Assembly (NCBI GenBank): GCA_913047625.1
Contig: CAJWUJ010000006.1
Span: 695 to 64,694, forward strand
Origin: an uncultured Dehalococcoidia bacterium
Lineage (GTDB): Bacteria > Chloroflexota > Dehalococcoidia > Lucifugimonadales > CAJWUJ01
Direction of reading: 5' to 3'
DNA length: 64,000 nt
A program made the translations under genes and the position numbers. The notes below the pieces were generated by a model. That model was given only the letters and a program-made list of their open reading frames with translations. It searched no databases and was not told where the DNA came from. This document shows positions 45,797 through 55,110 of the stretch, one piece after another. The number at the start of each line of letters is the position of its first letter. Positions within the stretch are counted from its first letter, which is position 1.

Positions 45797-46967
45797 TGTT
45801 TAACTGCTCCACAGTAGATTCCCATGTCCATGTCTTGGCCCAGGATTCAGCATGGTATCCCATTTTTTCCCTGAGTAAATTATTCTCTAAAATTACTTCA
45901 AGCTGGTTTGCAAGAGGTTCAGGACAATGCCATGGCACAAGATACCCTGTCATCCCATGTTTCACTAACGATTGAAGACCTCCTACTTTTCTGGCTATAA
46001 CAGGAGTACCACAAGCCATCGCCTCTAAAGCGACCAACCCAAAACTCTCATAACGAGATGGTACAACACAAACATCAGCTGCATTGAAATAGTACATTAA
46101 ATGTTCTTGGTCCATCGCTGCTACGAAATGAACCCGCTGGGATATCCCAAGTTCCCGTGAAAGATCTTGCAGATAGCGCAAATACTCATCAAATTCCAAA
46201 TCTCCTCCGCCTATTACTATAAGCTCTGCATTTTCTCGAATTTTCATACAAGCTACACTTTGCAACAACAAATCAATACCCTTGATTGGATCAATTCGTC
46301 CTGCATAGACAATCAAAGGATGACCATTCAACCCCAAACGGCTCCTCGCAACGCTACTATTAACTGGATGAAATACGGAAATATCTACACCATACGGAAC
46401 CAATTGTAGTTTGGCATGCACATCTCTATCAATGAGCTCAATTGCGGCCATTTCATCATTACTAGCAGCTAAGACCTTATCAGCATGGCGCATAGTACTT
46501 TTCTCTACAAGGTTCCTCAAAGGAGGTTCTACTGCCTCAGCCATTGACTTAATCTTGGCATCTGCCAGAGTGTGGAACTGCGCTACCAAAGGAATTGCCC
46601 AAGATTCAGACAGGCCTATACCAATAGAAGCGGAGAGCCAATAATGTATGTGAACCACATCATAAGTAAAATTATTTTCCATCCTGTATAAATCAATTTC
46701 AGCTATGAATTTTTCACTTGCATAGTAAATCTCCTCTTTAGTCGATCCACTAGCAGCAGATGCTAAATGTATGACAGTAACATTGCGAGACAATATCACT
46801 TCTCTGGGAGATTTACACCCGTGAATACGAGTGAAAATATCCACTTTGATTCCCAAGTCGCCCAACCTTATAGCAGTCTGAAGCAATACTGCATTCATCC
46901 CACCAGTATCCCTGTGACCAAGACGAACTTCTGGGCATCCATGAATACTTACCACTGCAATTCTCAT
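45759..46967 (-). CDS. GT4-family retaining glycosyltransferase, MshA-like
   Basis: MRIAVVSIHGCPEVRLGHRDTGGMN, YDVVHIHYWLS, QFHTLADAK, PSRYESFGLVALEAMACGTPVIA. These motifs line up with those I recall for MshA-type GT4 enzymes. Confidence 0.85.
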   Translation of the reverse strand: MRIAVVSIHGCPEVRLGHRDTGGMNAVLLQTAIRLGDLGIKVDIFTRIHGCKSPREVILSRNVTVIHLASAASGSTKEEIYYASEKFIAEIDLYRMENNFTYDVVHIHYWLSASIGIGLSESWAIPLVAQFHTLADAKIKSMAEAVEPPLRNLVEKSTMRHADKVLAASNDEMAAIELIDRDVHAKLQLVPYGVDISVFHPVNSSVARSRLGLNGHPLIVYAGRIDPIKGIDLLLQSVACMKIRENAELIVIGGGDLEFDEYLRYLQDLSRELGISQRVHFVAAMDQEHLMYYFNAADVCVVPSRYESFGLVALEAMACGTPVIARKVGGLQSLVKHGMTGYLVPWHCPEPLANQLEVILENNLLREKMGYHAESWAKTWTWESTVEQLNNVYKELTSYSVQ

Positions 46968-46987
46968 AGTTTTAACCGCTTATCCCA

Positions 46988-47971
46988 TTATGTTTTATCA
47001 ATCAATATTTGATATAAACGAGAATCTTTACCACCCAATCGATATTTATATGCTTCTGCACCCTTCATAAAATCAAAATATTCAAGGCCAAGATCCACCG
47101 CATCATTAATAAAAAGTGCTTTCAGGACCAATCCAGCTGATAAAGAATCAGCTCGCACCATATAGCCACTATTATACAACCACCGAATCCCTGCGTAATC
47201 AAAACCTAAGACTACTGCTAACGGTGTCCCTTCTATCTCAAGAAACTGTAACCTCAAATAATTTAATTCAGCCATTTCTTTAACTATCGCTCTAAAGAAA
47301 TGGACTCGATTTTCCGTTAGGAAGTCCTGTTTCCCAATATGGGAAGTTCGCATTAAATCAAGTAAAGCAACGATGTCATCATCCAAAGTTGCCAAATTAG
47401 CACTGCGCAATTGATACTGACCAGATTCCTCCATACGACGAATTTTTCTTCTCAGTTCATGCCGATCCTTTTTCCTCAATGACTGTAAAAAACCATCCCA
47501 TGTTTTTGGCAAAACAATTCCCGGGACGACATCTTCTTCCAAGATTTGCACATTAAAACCTTTCTTTTTAAAAAAGTCAGGGATATATTTGATAGTTGGA
47601 GAAGCTTCTGGAATTGACGTGAAATCTAACACATCCCACTCCGCTTCTAGGAGAAAAGATCCGAAAAGTTGATAGTATTTTCCCGTATCCTCTGCACATA
47701 TTACAAAATCATGATAGTCAAATAAGTCTTCACCACCTATAAAAGAAATGATACCGTCCTTCTTCATCAGTGGGACTCCTGCAATTAAAGAATCTTGATT
47801 TTTAACACATATTACCCAAGGTTCAGCCGAACCACGGAACTGCCTCCACCATGTTTTAATCCAACGACTCGTCAGAAAAAGATGAGGACTCTGACTAGTT
47901 TCAACTAACTTGTCCCAATCATCGCCTAATTGGTCTATATCATGAAGTAAAGAAATCGATGCCATATCCAT
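46988..47971 (-). CDS. CelD/BcsL-like GNAT-fold (FemAB-related) acyltransferase
   Basis: N-terminal WDKLVETSQSPHLFLTSRWIKTWWRQF and C-terminal YFDFMKGAEAYKYRLGG are the hallmark ends of this family. Confidence 0.7.
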   Translation of the reverse strand: MDMASISLLHDIDQLGDDWDKLVETSQSPHLFLTSRWIKTWWRQFRGSAEPWVICVKNQDSLIAGVPLMKKDGIISFIGGEDLFDYHDFVICAEDTGKYYQLFGSFLLEAEWDVLDFTSIPEASPTIKYIPDFFKKKGFNVQILEEDVVPGIVLPKTWDGFLQSLRKKDRHELRRKIRRMEESGQYQLRSANLATLDDDIVALLDLMRTSHIGKQDFLTENRVHFFRAIVKEMAELNYLRLQFLEIEGTPLAVVLGFDYAGIRWLYNSGYMVRADSLSAGLVLKALFINDAVDLGLEYFDFMKGAEAYKYRLGGKDSRLYQILIDKT

Positions 47972-47994
47972 CCAATATATAGAAACCTCTAACC

Positions 47995-49053
47995 CTAGAG
48001 TTTCCTCAAAAACACTTGCAATTCAGAGAGGTCATTTATAACCTGAAAAGGCTTGCTACTTTGAATATCACTTTGCTCCACGAGAGAGACATCTTTCAAT
48101 CCTGTCCCTGTTATAATGCAAACAATGGATTGCTGGGCAGATAATTGTTGATTGTGGATAAGCTTCAATAGTCCTGCAACTCCAGCTGCCGATGAGGGTT
48201 CACAAAAAATACCTTCCTGACTTGCCAGCATTTGCCATGCGTCAATGATCTCACGATCTGTAACTTTGGATATTAGTCCATTAGATTCACGAACAGCCAT
48301 GACCGCCTTCTCCCAGTTAGCTGGATTACCAATTCTAATAGCAGAAGCGATAGTCTTGGGAGACAAAACTCGTTCTTGATCCACGATAGGAGCAGATCCA
48401 CTAGCCTGAAAACCCATCAATTTTGGTTGTTTAGAGGAAACTGCCTTCAAAGCAAAATCATGAAAACCCCGCCAGTATGCATAAATGTTTCCCCCATTAC
48501 CTACAGGCAAACACACGTAATCTGGAGCATCACCTAAGTCATCTACTATTTCAAAAGCGGCAGTTTTCTGGCCTTCAATCCTGTCTGTGTTAATTGAATT
48601 CACCACTGTTAGCACACTGGAATCTTCTAAAGCTTTGACCATGGCCATCGCATTGTCAAAGCTTCCACTAATTCTTACTACATGAGCGCCGCATATTATT
48701 GACTGAGCTAGTTTTGAAATAGGAACATCTGTTGAAGGTATAAGTACCACGGTTTTCAAACCATAACGTCCTCCATATGCCGAAGCAGACGCGCTTGTAT
48801 TACCAGTAGAGGAACAAATAATCACCTTGGCTTTTTTTTCCAACGCTTTTGCTACGGCAACTACCATTCCCCTGTCCTTAAAGGAACCGGTGGGATTACA
48901 GGACTCCAACTTAAAGTAAACGTTCGGAAATCCATATTTTTGATCAAACATTCTTGACCAAACCAACGGAGTATCCCCCTCACCTAGAGAAATCCTAGGT
49001 GTATTTGGAGAAATATCTATGAAGTCCTTAAATTTTTCCAGTAATGATTGCAT
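47995..49053 (-). CDS. thrC: Threonine synthase
   Basis: FKLESCNPTGSFKDRGM (PLP lysine), GNTSASASAY, PVGNGGN. Confidence 0.93.
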   Translation of the reverse strand: MQSLLEKFKDFIDISPNTPRISLGEGDTPLVWSRMFDQKYGFPNVYFKLESCNPTGSFKDRGMVVAVAKALEKKAKVIICSSTGNTSASASAYGGRYGLKTVVLIPSTDVPISKLAQSIICGAHVVRISGSFDNAMAMVKALEDSSVLTVVNSINTDRIEGQKTAAFEIVDDLGDAPDYVCLPVGNGGNIYAYWRGFHDFALKAVSSKQPKLMGFQASGSAPIVDQERVLSPKTIASAIRIGNPANWEKAVMAVRESNGLISKVTDREIIDAWQMLASQEGIFCEPSSAAGVAGLLKLIHNQQLSAQQSIVCIITGTGLKDVSLVEQSDIQSSKPFQVINDLSELQVFLRKL

Positions 49054-49068
49054 ATCTAAATAATCACG

Positions 49069-50394
49069 TTAGTCACTATGTTCTTCTACTCGGATAAAGC
49101 TACTGACACCCTGAACAACCGCCATGGATTTAAGTTCAGAAACTGTATTCCAGACCGATGATTCACGGGCTCGATGAGTAGTAATCACCAACTCAGCCGA
49201 CTGATTTTCTGTATCTACTCGCTTCTGCAACACTGAGGCAATACTAACATTATTCGAACCAAAAACACCCGCTATCGCAGCCAAAACACCAGGCTTATCT
49301 TTAACCCACAGTCGAAAATAGTATTTACTGGTCAAGTTGCTGATTGGTTCTATACTTAATGTATTACTCAAATTCCCATAACCAAGTAAAGTACTCTCAA
49401 GTGCTATGCATCTTGAGATCTCTAGTATATCCGATACTACAGCACTACTAGTAGGTAAAGGCCCCGCTCCAGGTCCCTGAAAAATAACTTTCCCAATCAA
49501 ATCCCCTTGCACTTCAACCGCATTCACTACTCCATCCACTTTGGATAGCGGATCGGTTTCAGCAATTAAAACAGGATGAACCCTAAGAGTTAATAAGGAG
49601 TTCTCTTTAGTAGCAATAGCCAACAGTTTAATGGAATATCCCAATTCTTTCGCACACTGAAAATCACGCAGAGAAAGATTCTGAATTCCTTCGCAGTATA
49701 TCAATGCCACATCTATCTTCGTGCGAAAGGCTAATGCACCCAACACTGCCAATTTGTAGGTTGCATCTATCCCTGAAACGTCATCATTAGGATCGGACTC
49801 CGCATATCCGAGACTCTGAGCATCACAGAGTGCATCGCTGTAATCTATTTCACTTAGCGCCATTCGCGACAGGATATAGTTGGTAGTACCATTAATAATT
49901 GCCCTTATACTGTGAATATCATTTGCCCTCAAATCACGAACAATTGACCTAACGATAGGTATGCCTCCACCAACGCTAGCTTCAAACAACAAGTTCACGC
50001 CTTGTTGTTCTGCCAGCTCCATAAGTTCAATTCCGTTTTTAGCCATTAACTCTTTATTTGCAGTAACCACGTGCTTCCTATTGAGAATAGACTGTTTCAC
50101 TAAATCGTATGCAGGATCTACTCCTCCCATCACCTCCACCACAACATCAACATTGGACGCTCCTATAACAAGGTCTTCATTGGTAGTTAACATTGAATCT
50201 TCTACCGGCCAATCTCTTGGTTTTGCAGTATCCTGCACAAAGATTTTTCGAAGTTTTACAGGATGTTGAACGAGCTGATTAATCGATACCTTCTTTTCGT
50301 TAAATGCTTTCAGTACCCCGGAACCAACAACACCACAACCCAGCATCCCAATACCTATCTCTTTGGAATGTTTCACTTTAGTACTATTCTTCAT
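49069..50394 (-). CDS. hom: Homoserine dehydrogenase with C-terminal ACT domain
   Basis: GIGMLGCGVVGSGV (NAD site), VVTANKEL, LLFEASVGGGIPI, AESDPNDDVSGIDA, and a C-terminal ACT domain (YYFRLWVKDKPGVLAAIAGVFG). I placed the start at ATG 50394 (MKNSTKV). Confidence 0.92.
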   Translation of the reverse strand: MKNSTKVKHSKEIGIGMLGCGVVGSGVLKAFNEKKVSINQLVQHPVKLRKIFVQDTAKPRDWPVEDSMLTTNEDLVIGASNVDVVVEVMGGVDPAYDLVKQSILNRKHVVTANKELMAKNGIELMELAEQQGVNLLFEASVGGGIPIVRSIVRDLRANDIHSIRAIINGTTNYILSRMALSEIDYSDALCDAQSLGYAESDPNDDVSGIDATYKLAVLGALAFRTKIDVALIYCEGIQNLSLRDFQCAKELGYSIKLLAIATKENSLLTLRVHPVLIAETDPLSKVDGVVNAVEVQGDLIGKVIFQGPGAGPLPTSSAVVSDILEISRCIALESTLLGYGNLSNTLSIEPISNLTSKYYFRLWVKDKPGVLAAIAGVFGSNNVSIASVLQKRVDTENQSAELVITTHRARESSVWNTVSELKSMAVVQGVSSFIRVEEHSD

Positions 50395-51556
50395 CCTGAC
50401 TAGAACCAACAATAAGTTCCTCGAGTTGGGGCATAGCATCAAGTAAAAATTCGGATACTTCAGTATTAATCCAACTACTAGACTTTTCAGTAAGCAAAAT
50501 ATTGAAACCAGACTCTATCTGCTTGGTACTAAACCAATCAAAATAAAGGTTCTTACTCACCAAGACCCTCATTTTATCTGAAATCGTTCTTAGTTCCGGA
50601 CCATCAGTGAGTAAAATGAAGTAAGTAGCATCTCGTCCAGTATAAACATCAGTTATAGTAATCTCTTCAATTGAATTCAATTGGCTATTAAAAAGAACGG
50701 TTTCAATCTCTGGAAAAGCTCCTCTGGGAACCCAACCAATCTCGCCATCTTCAGCAGCATGAGTAATATCTTCATTATATTCCCTTGCTACATCCTTGAA
50801 TTCTTCACCATCCAAAAGTTTTTGCCGAACCTCTTCAACCTTGTTCTTTGTAGAAGCTTTTATCCAATAGGCAAAAACTTCCTCGTTTTCTTGAGGCACC
50901 TTATTTGCAAAATAAGTAAACGAATCACCTAAAAGAATTTGGCCGGCTAACACTTCTCTGTAATATTCCTCGTCTATTTTAAGTAATTCCACAAACTCAA
51001 TAAGAGTTCTCTTAAATTCTTCTTGGAGTTGGGTAAATTCTTCTTCCGTTTTACGTTGTTCAAATTCTGGTATTAGCCTAGATAAAATTTCTTGTTCAAC
51101 CTGATTATAATCTGCTTTGAGTCCTAATTCGCTGGAATAAAACCGGGTAATAGCAGTTTGAGCCATAGCATTTAAAATATCTCCTGGATTAAAATTTAAT
51201 CCTTCGAAATTATTATTCAATATAGCTTGAGATGATTGAATTTTCATTTGCTTTTTTACGTCGTCTGCCGTGATTTGGTTCTCGTAAAATTCGGCCACTA
51301 CCTCTCTTGGTGGAGCTATGTTCGTAAGATAATATCCGATAAAAATCACACCAATAACAATCATCCCAACTGCAGCTGATACAGCAAGAATTAGTCTACG
51401 GGTTCTTTGTTCCCTTTCGATCCTTGGAGGAACCGCCGAAGTGGAATCCAGACCAATCAGAGAAGAATAACGCCTTCGCCTTCTAGCAGCCTTAGGCATA
51501 GCATTCTTTAAAGTAGACTGCCCCGAGGATGTAACATCTTTCTTATTCTTGGGCAT
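50384..51556 (-). CDS. Membrane-anchored parvulin-type peptidyl-prolyl isomerase (PrsA/SurA-like)
   Basis: N-terminal Arg/Lys-rich segment, a TM helix (LILAVSAAVGMIVIGVIFIGYYL), a chaperone-like helical region, and a PpiC-like core (AYWIKAS...FKDVAREYNED...GEIGWVPRGAFPE). Confidence 0.75.
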   Translation of the reverse strand: MPKNKKDVTSSGQSTLKNAMPKAARRRRRYSSLIGLDSTSAVPPRIEREQRTRRLILAVSAAVGMIVIGVIFIGYYLTNIAPPREVVAEFYENQITADDVKKQMKIQSSQAILNNNFEGLNFNPGDILNAMAQTAITRFYSSELGLKADYNQVEQEILSRLIPEFEQRKTEEEFTQLQEEFKRTLIEFVELLKIDEEYYREVLAGQILLGDSFTYFANKVPQENEEVFAYWIKASTKNKVEEVRQKLLDGEEFKDVAREYNEDITHAAEDGEIGWVPRGAFPEIETVLFNSQLNSIEEITITDVYTGRDATYFILLTDGPELRTISDKMRVLVSKNLYFDWFSTKQIESGFNILLTEKSSSWINTEVSEFLLDAMPQLEELIVGSSQDEE

Positions 51557-51671
51557 CTCTAAATCTCTAACGTCTTAATGTTACCTGAGCACGCAAGGTA
51601 GACGGAATTTTTGGACTCAGCAATCAATATGACTGTAACCTCTCTGAAGCAATTCAAATCAACACGATCGT

Positions 51672-52211
51672 TTACGACTCGGATGGTTTCTCTTCAACAT
51701 TCGTTTCTTCAGAAGTCACTACGGGGGTAGCAGCCTCCTCAGCTTCTTCCGTAGCTGGTGCAGAAGCATCAACTGCTGGTTCTTCGGCCTGACTAGCTAC
51801 TGCTGGCTCTTCGGCCACAACAGGAGCTTCAACTGTCTCCGAATCAGAAACTGGTGCAGAAACCTCAGCTGTTACGGAATCGCTCTCGGGAGTCTTCGGA
51901 GCAACATCAACGATTTTTTGTTCTCTTGACAATTGAGATATAAAAACTTTTTCATGTGAGGAATGAAACGGCATTAATGCAACCGCCCGCGCTCTCTTTA
52001 TTGCACGAGATACCATCCTCTGATGCCGTGCGCAAGTCCCTGTCCTTCGACGAGGCTCCATCCTAGCTCGATCATTGATAAATCGATTCAATAAAGGAAT
52101 ATCTTTATAATCTGCAGAATCAACTTTTCCTTCACAAAACTGGCACACACGCCGCCTTGGAGTATATCTCCCATCTCTTCTTCTATTTGTTCTTCGAAAT
52201 CCTGTAGTCAA
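51672..52211 (-). CDS. rpsR: 30S ribosomal protein S18 with ~95-aa acidic Ala/Glu/Pro/Val-rich C-terminal extension
   Basis: Core [59 protein letters not shown]. Residues 84-179 are low-complexity and contain an AEEPAV(A/D)S repeat. Confidence 0.9.
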   Translation of the reverse strand: MTTGFRRTNRRRDGRYTPRRRVCQFCEGKVDSADYKDIPLLNRFINDRARMEPRRRTGTCARHQRMVSRAIKRARAVALMPFHSSHEKVFISQLSREQKIVDVAPKTPESDSVTAEVSAPVSDSETVEAPVVAEEPAVASQAEEPAVDASAPATEEAEEAATPVVTSEETNVEEKPSES

Positions 52212-52270
52212 AATAATCCTTCCCTGTTAATTAATATCCTAACACTCTTTAATAATTAAACCAGTCCTCG

Positions 52271-52708
52271 TTAAAACGGTAAATCATCCGGATCGAGAGC
52301 ATCAACAGGAAGATCACCCATGTTCTGATCGGGTGTAGCTCTGATTGATTCATCCGGCATAGAGCCTGAATCAGGATTTACTCGATCTAAAAATAATACT
52401 CTGGAAGCCACAATCTCATTTCTGTGCCGAACCTGACCGTCATTACCATCCCACTGGTGGCTATGCAATCTGCCTTCTACATACGCCCTTCGACCCTTTG
52501 CTAGATACTGATTGCACTGCTCTGCCAGTTGATTCCATGCAACTACTGTAAACCACTCGGTGTCCTGCTTCTTTTCGCCATCAGATCCTGTATACGTCCT
52601 ACTTGCGGCTATACGATAGGAACAAACCGGACTTCCATTAGGCGTATAACGAAGTTCTGGGTCAGTCCCAATATTGCCAATAACCATTATTTTGTTTAAA
52701 CCAACCAT
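52271..52708 (-). CDS. ssb: Single-stranded DNA-binding protein
   Basis: NKIMVIGNIGTDPELRYTPNGSPVCSYRIA...TEWFTVVAWNQLAE OB-fold and the acidic C-terminal tip DPDDLPF. Confidence 0.93.
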   Translation of the reverse strand: MVGLNKIMVIGNIGTDPELRYTPNGSPVCSYRIAASRTYTGSDGEKKQDTEWFTVVAWNQLAEQCNQYLAKGRRAYVEGRLHSHQWDGNDGQVRHRNEIVASRVLFLDRVNPDSGSMPDESIRATPDQNMGDLPVDALDPDDLPF

Positions 52709-52724
52709 CTCTCACCAACCCATA

Positions 52725-53027
52725 CTACTGACTTTTCTTTATAATGATATGCCGCATAACGGCCTCAGTTAAATTCAAACTGGAATTTAACTCGGCTGTG
52801 GATTCAGGACTCATCTGTAGTTGACTAATAATGTAATTCCCTTGTCGTTTCTTATTTATGGGATACGCTACTTTTCTCAAGCCTTGACGATCCTCTTCAA
52901 CAACTGAGCCGCCATTATCCTCAATGACTTTCCGAACCCTAACAAGTGTATCCTCGACTCCTGAATCGTCCAATTCAGGATCAAGCACCAAAACTAATTC
53001 ATAATCTTTGCCTAGTTTCTCTTCCAT
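52725..53027 (-). CDS. rpsF: 30S ribosomal protein S6
   Basis: YELVLVLDPELD...EDRQGLRKVAYPINKKRQGNYI. It sits in the conserved rpsF-ssb-rpsR order. Confidence 0.9.
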   Translation of the reverse strand: MEEKLGKDYELVLVLDPELDDSGVEDTLVRVRKVIEDNGGSVVEEDRQGLRKVAYPINKKRQGNYIISQLQMSPESTAELNSSLNLTEAVMRHIIIKKSQ

Positions 53028-53086
53028 TTAACCACCCTAACCTAATAACTAAAGAGACTCAAATTCTTCTTGGCCTCAGTCCCGTC

Positions 53087-53116
53087 ATTATACCCTATGT
53101 GCGGATTGAGACTCAA
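53087..53116 (-). promoter_or_regulatory. Candidate promoter for rpsF-ssb-rpsR (TTGAGT-N18-TATAAT on minus strand)
   Basis: The reverse complement of 53111-53116 is TTGAGT. The reverse complement of 53087-53092 is a perfect TATAAT. Spacer is 18 nt. The -35 sits inside a 15-bp palindrome. Confidence 0.4.
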
Positions 53117-53151
53117 TCTTAGAAAAGGTATAAAGTAAATTGCGGATTCTA

Positions 53152-54399
53152 TCAGAACGACCCTAATCCTGGTACAGGAAATCCCTTGGTGAGTTTGTGA
53201 ACTCTATCTCGCGTTTCTTTCTCTGTTTTGTCATCTCCAGATTTCTTTAAAACAGTAACAATTAGATCAGCAATTTCCTTCATTTCATCAAGTCCAAATC
53301 CTCGGGTTGTTAACGAAGGGGTACCTAATCGTAATCCGCTGGTAACTCTTGGAGGTTGCGGATCGTATGGGATAGCATTTTTATTCACAGTTATACTAAC
53401 ACGACCTAGAATATCTTCAGCCTCCTGTCCGGTTAAACCCAAGGGTTGTAAATCAACAAGTAACATATGATTGTCAGTCCCTCCAGAAACAATTCTAAGG
53501 CCGCCATCTTCCAACCCTGATGCTAAACACTGTGCATTCAGTACAATATTGCGCTGATATTCCTTAAAAGCATCAGTTAAAGCTTCTTTAAAAGCGACTG
53601 CTTTAGCAGCAATAACATGCATTAAAGGGCCGCCTTGCATACAGGGAAATACCGCCCTGTCCACCGATTTTGCAAAATCCTGACTAGCCAAAATCATCGC
53701 CCCCCGAGGCCCTCTTAAGGTTTTATGAGTTGTGGTCGTCACAACAGAAGCATGCGGTATTGGTGAAGGATGTACACCAGCTGCCACCAATCCTGATATA
53801 TGGGCAATATCTGCCATTAGTACAGCACCCACCTTATCAGCTATTTTCCCAAATCGCTCGAAATCTATTGTCCTAGGATACGCAGTAAAGCCACAAACTA
53901 TAACCTTGGGTTTGTGCTCCTCTGCTAAGGCTTCAATTTGTTGATAATCCAATGTCTCAGTTTCTCTATCCACACCATATGAAACAAAATTATAAAGTTT
54001 TCCTGAAAAGTTCACTGAGCTACCATGAGTCAAATGACCTCCCTGATCCAAGCTCATACCTAAAACTGTGTCACCAGGATTTAACAGTGCAAAGTATGCA
54101 GCCATATTAGCTTGGGACCCTGAATGTGGTTGTACATTTGCGTGATCTGCCCCAAAAAGTTCCTTAGCTCTTTCAATTGCCAAGTTTTCGACCACATCAA
54201 CATATTCGCAACCACCGTAATATCTTTTACCAGGATAGCCTTCCGCATACTTATTAGTCAGATGCGACCCCATAGCTTCTAAAACAGCTGCACTAGAATA
54301 ATTCTCAGAAGCAATAAGGACAACATTTCGGCGCTGCCTTTCAGCTTCATTCTTCATCGCAGTAGCTACATCTGGGTCTATATCAAGTAACTTAGTCAT
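53152..54399 (-). CDS. glyA: Serine hydroxymethyltransferase
   Basis: [55 protein letters not shown] (PLP lysine). I placed the start at ATG 54399 ([11 protein letters not shown]). ATG 54414 is equally possible. Confidence 0.96.
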   Translation of the reverse strand: MTKLLDIDPDVATAMKNEAERQRRNVVLIASENYSSAAVLEAMGSHLTNKYAEGYPGKRYYGGCEYVDVVENLAIERAKELFGADHANVQPHSGSQANMAAYFALLNPGDTVLGMSLDQGGHLTHGSSVNFSGKLYNFVSYGVDRETETLDYQQIEALAEEHKPKVIVCGFTAYPRTIDFERFGKIADKVGAVLMADIAHISGLVAAGVHPSPIPHASVVTTTTHKTLRGPRGAMILASQDFAKSVDRAVFPCMQGGPLMHVIAAKAVAFKEALTDAFKEYQRNIVLNAQCLASGLEDGGLRIVSGGTDNHMLLVDLQPLGLTGQEAEDILGRVSITVNKNAIPYDPQPPRVTSGLRLGTPSLTTRGFGLDEMKEIADLIVTVLKKSGDDKTEKETRDRVHKLTKGFPVPGLGSF

Positions 54400-54452
54400 A
54401 AAAAAATCCCGCATCGTACCGGAGCAATATGCTCGTGGAAATTGAGAGTGGA

Positions 54453-54481
54453 AGTGTAATAGAGGATATGCTTATTGTCAA
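54453..54481 (-). promoter_or_regulatory. Candidate promoter for glyA (TTGACA-N17-TACACT on minus strand)
   Basis: The reverse complement of 54476-54481 is a perfect TTGACA, followed by a 17-nt spacer. The reverse complement of 54453-54458 is TACACT. Confidence 0.45.
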
Positions 54482-54503
54482 TAAATCACTGGCTGTTCAC
54501 TGA

Positions 54504-54848
54504 CTATACGAGTTCTTCATCTACCGAAGTTTTTAGTTCATCGATAATACTATCTTGATGAAGAGGAATACCGCGACGATATGCTGTCTGAGACAGTAAA
54601 TGAACAATTACCGGAGAGGTCAAAAACAACACTACTACAATAATAATCTCTTTGACTGATCCGGTATTTTCCACAAAACAAAAAAACGTAAAAGAAGCCA
54701 ACAAAATGCAACCGATACCCAACGTGCTAGAAACCCCCAGCGCATGAATTCTAGAATACACATCCGGGAATCTCATCAGCCCTACTGACCCCAAAAGCAT
54801 AATACTAGATCCAAGGAGAATCATGATCAATACCAACAAATCAGTCAA
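54504..54848 (-). CDS. mrpG: Mrp/Mnh cation:proton antiporter subunit G
   Basis: LLGSVGLMRFPDVYSRIHALGVSSTLG is the MnhG signature. It is the last gene of the seven-gene operon. Confidence 0.85.
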   Translation of the reverse strand: MTDLLVLIMILLGSSIMLLGSVGLMRFPDVYSRIHALGVSSTLGIGCILLASFTFFCFVENTGSVKEIIIVVVLFLTSPVIVHLLSQTAYRRGIPLHQDSIIDELKTSVDEELV

Positions 54849-55110
54849 TTACTTTACCTCGTAACAAGAATTTACAGAGAGAAACTGTTCCTATAAAAAA
54901 TACCGCGGCAATAATAAGTGCTGGATCAAGGTACATACTAGTACCAAATCGAATACCCAGCAGTACGATTATCCCCAAACCATTTAGAAAAACGTTATCT
55001 GCCGCAACTATCCTGTCTGCCACGGTAGGGCCCAACATTAATCTAATGAGCGCCAAAATAGAGGCCACTCCTAGAAACACAATACCTAAAGTAGTAGCTA
55101 ATTCTATCAA
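54841..55110 (-). CDS. mrpF: Mrp/Mnh antiporter subunit F
   Basis: An 89-aa three-helix protein with LIRLMLGPTVADRIVAAD (MnhF pattern), in the operon position for subunit F. Confidence 0.85.
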   Translation of the reverse strand: MIELATTLGIVFLGVASILALIRLMLGPTVADRIVAADNVFLNGLGIIVLLGIRFGTSMYLDPALIIAAVFFIGTVSLCKFLLRGKVID

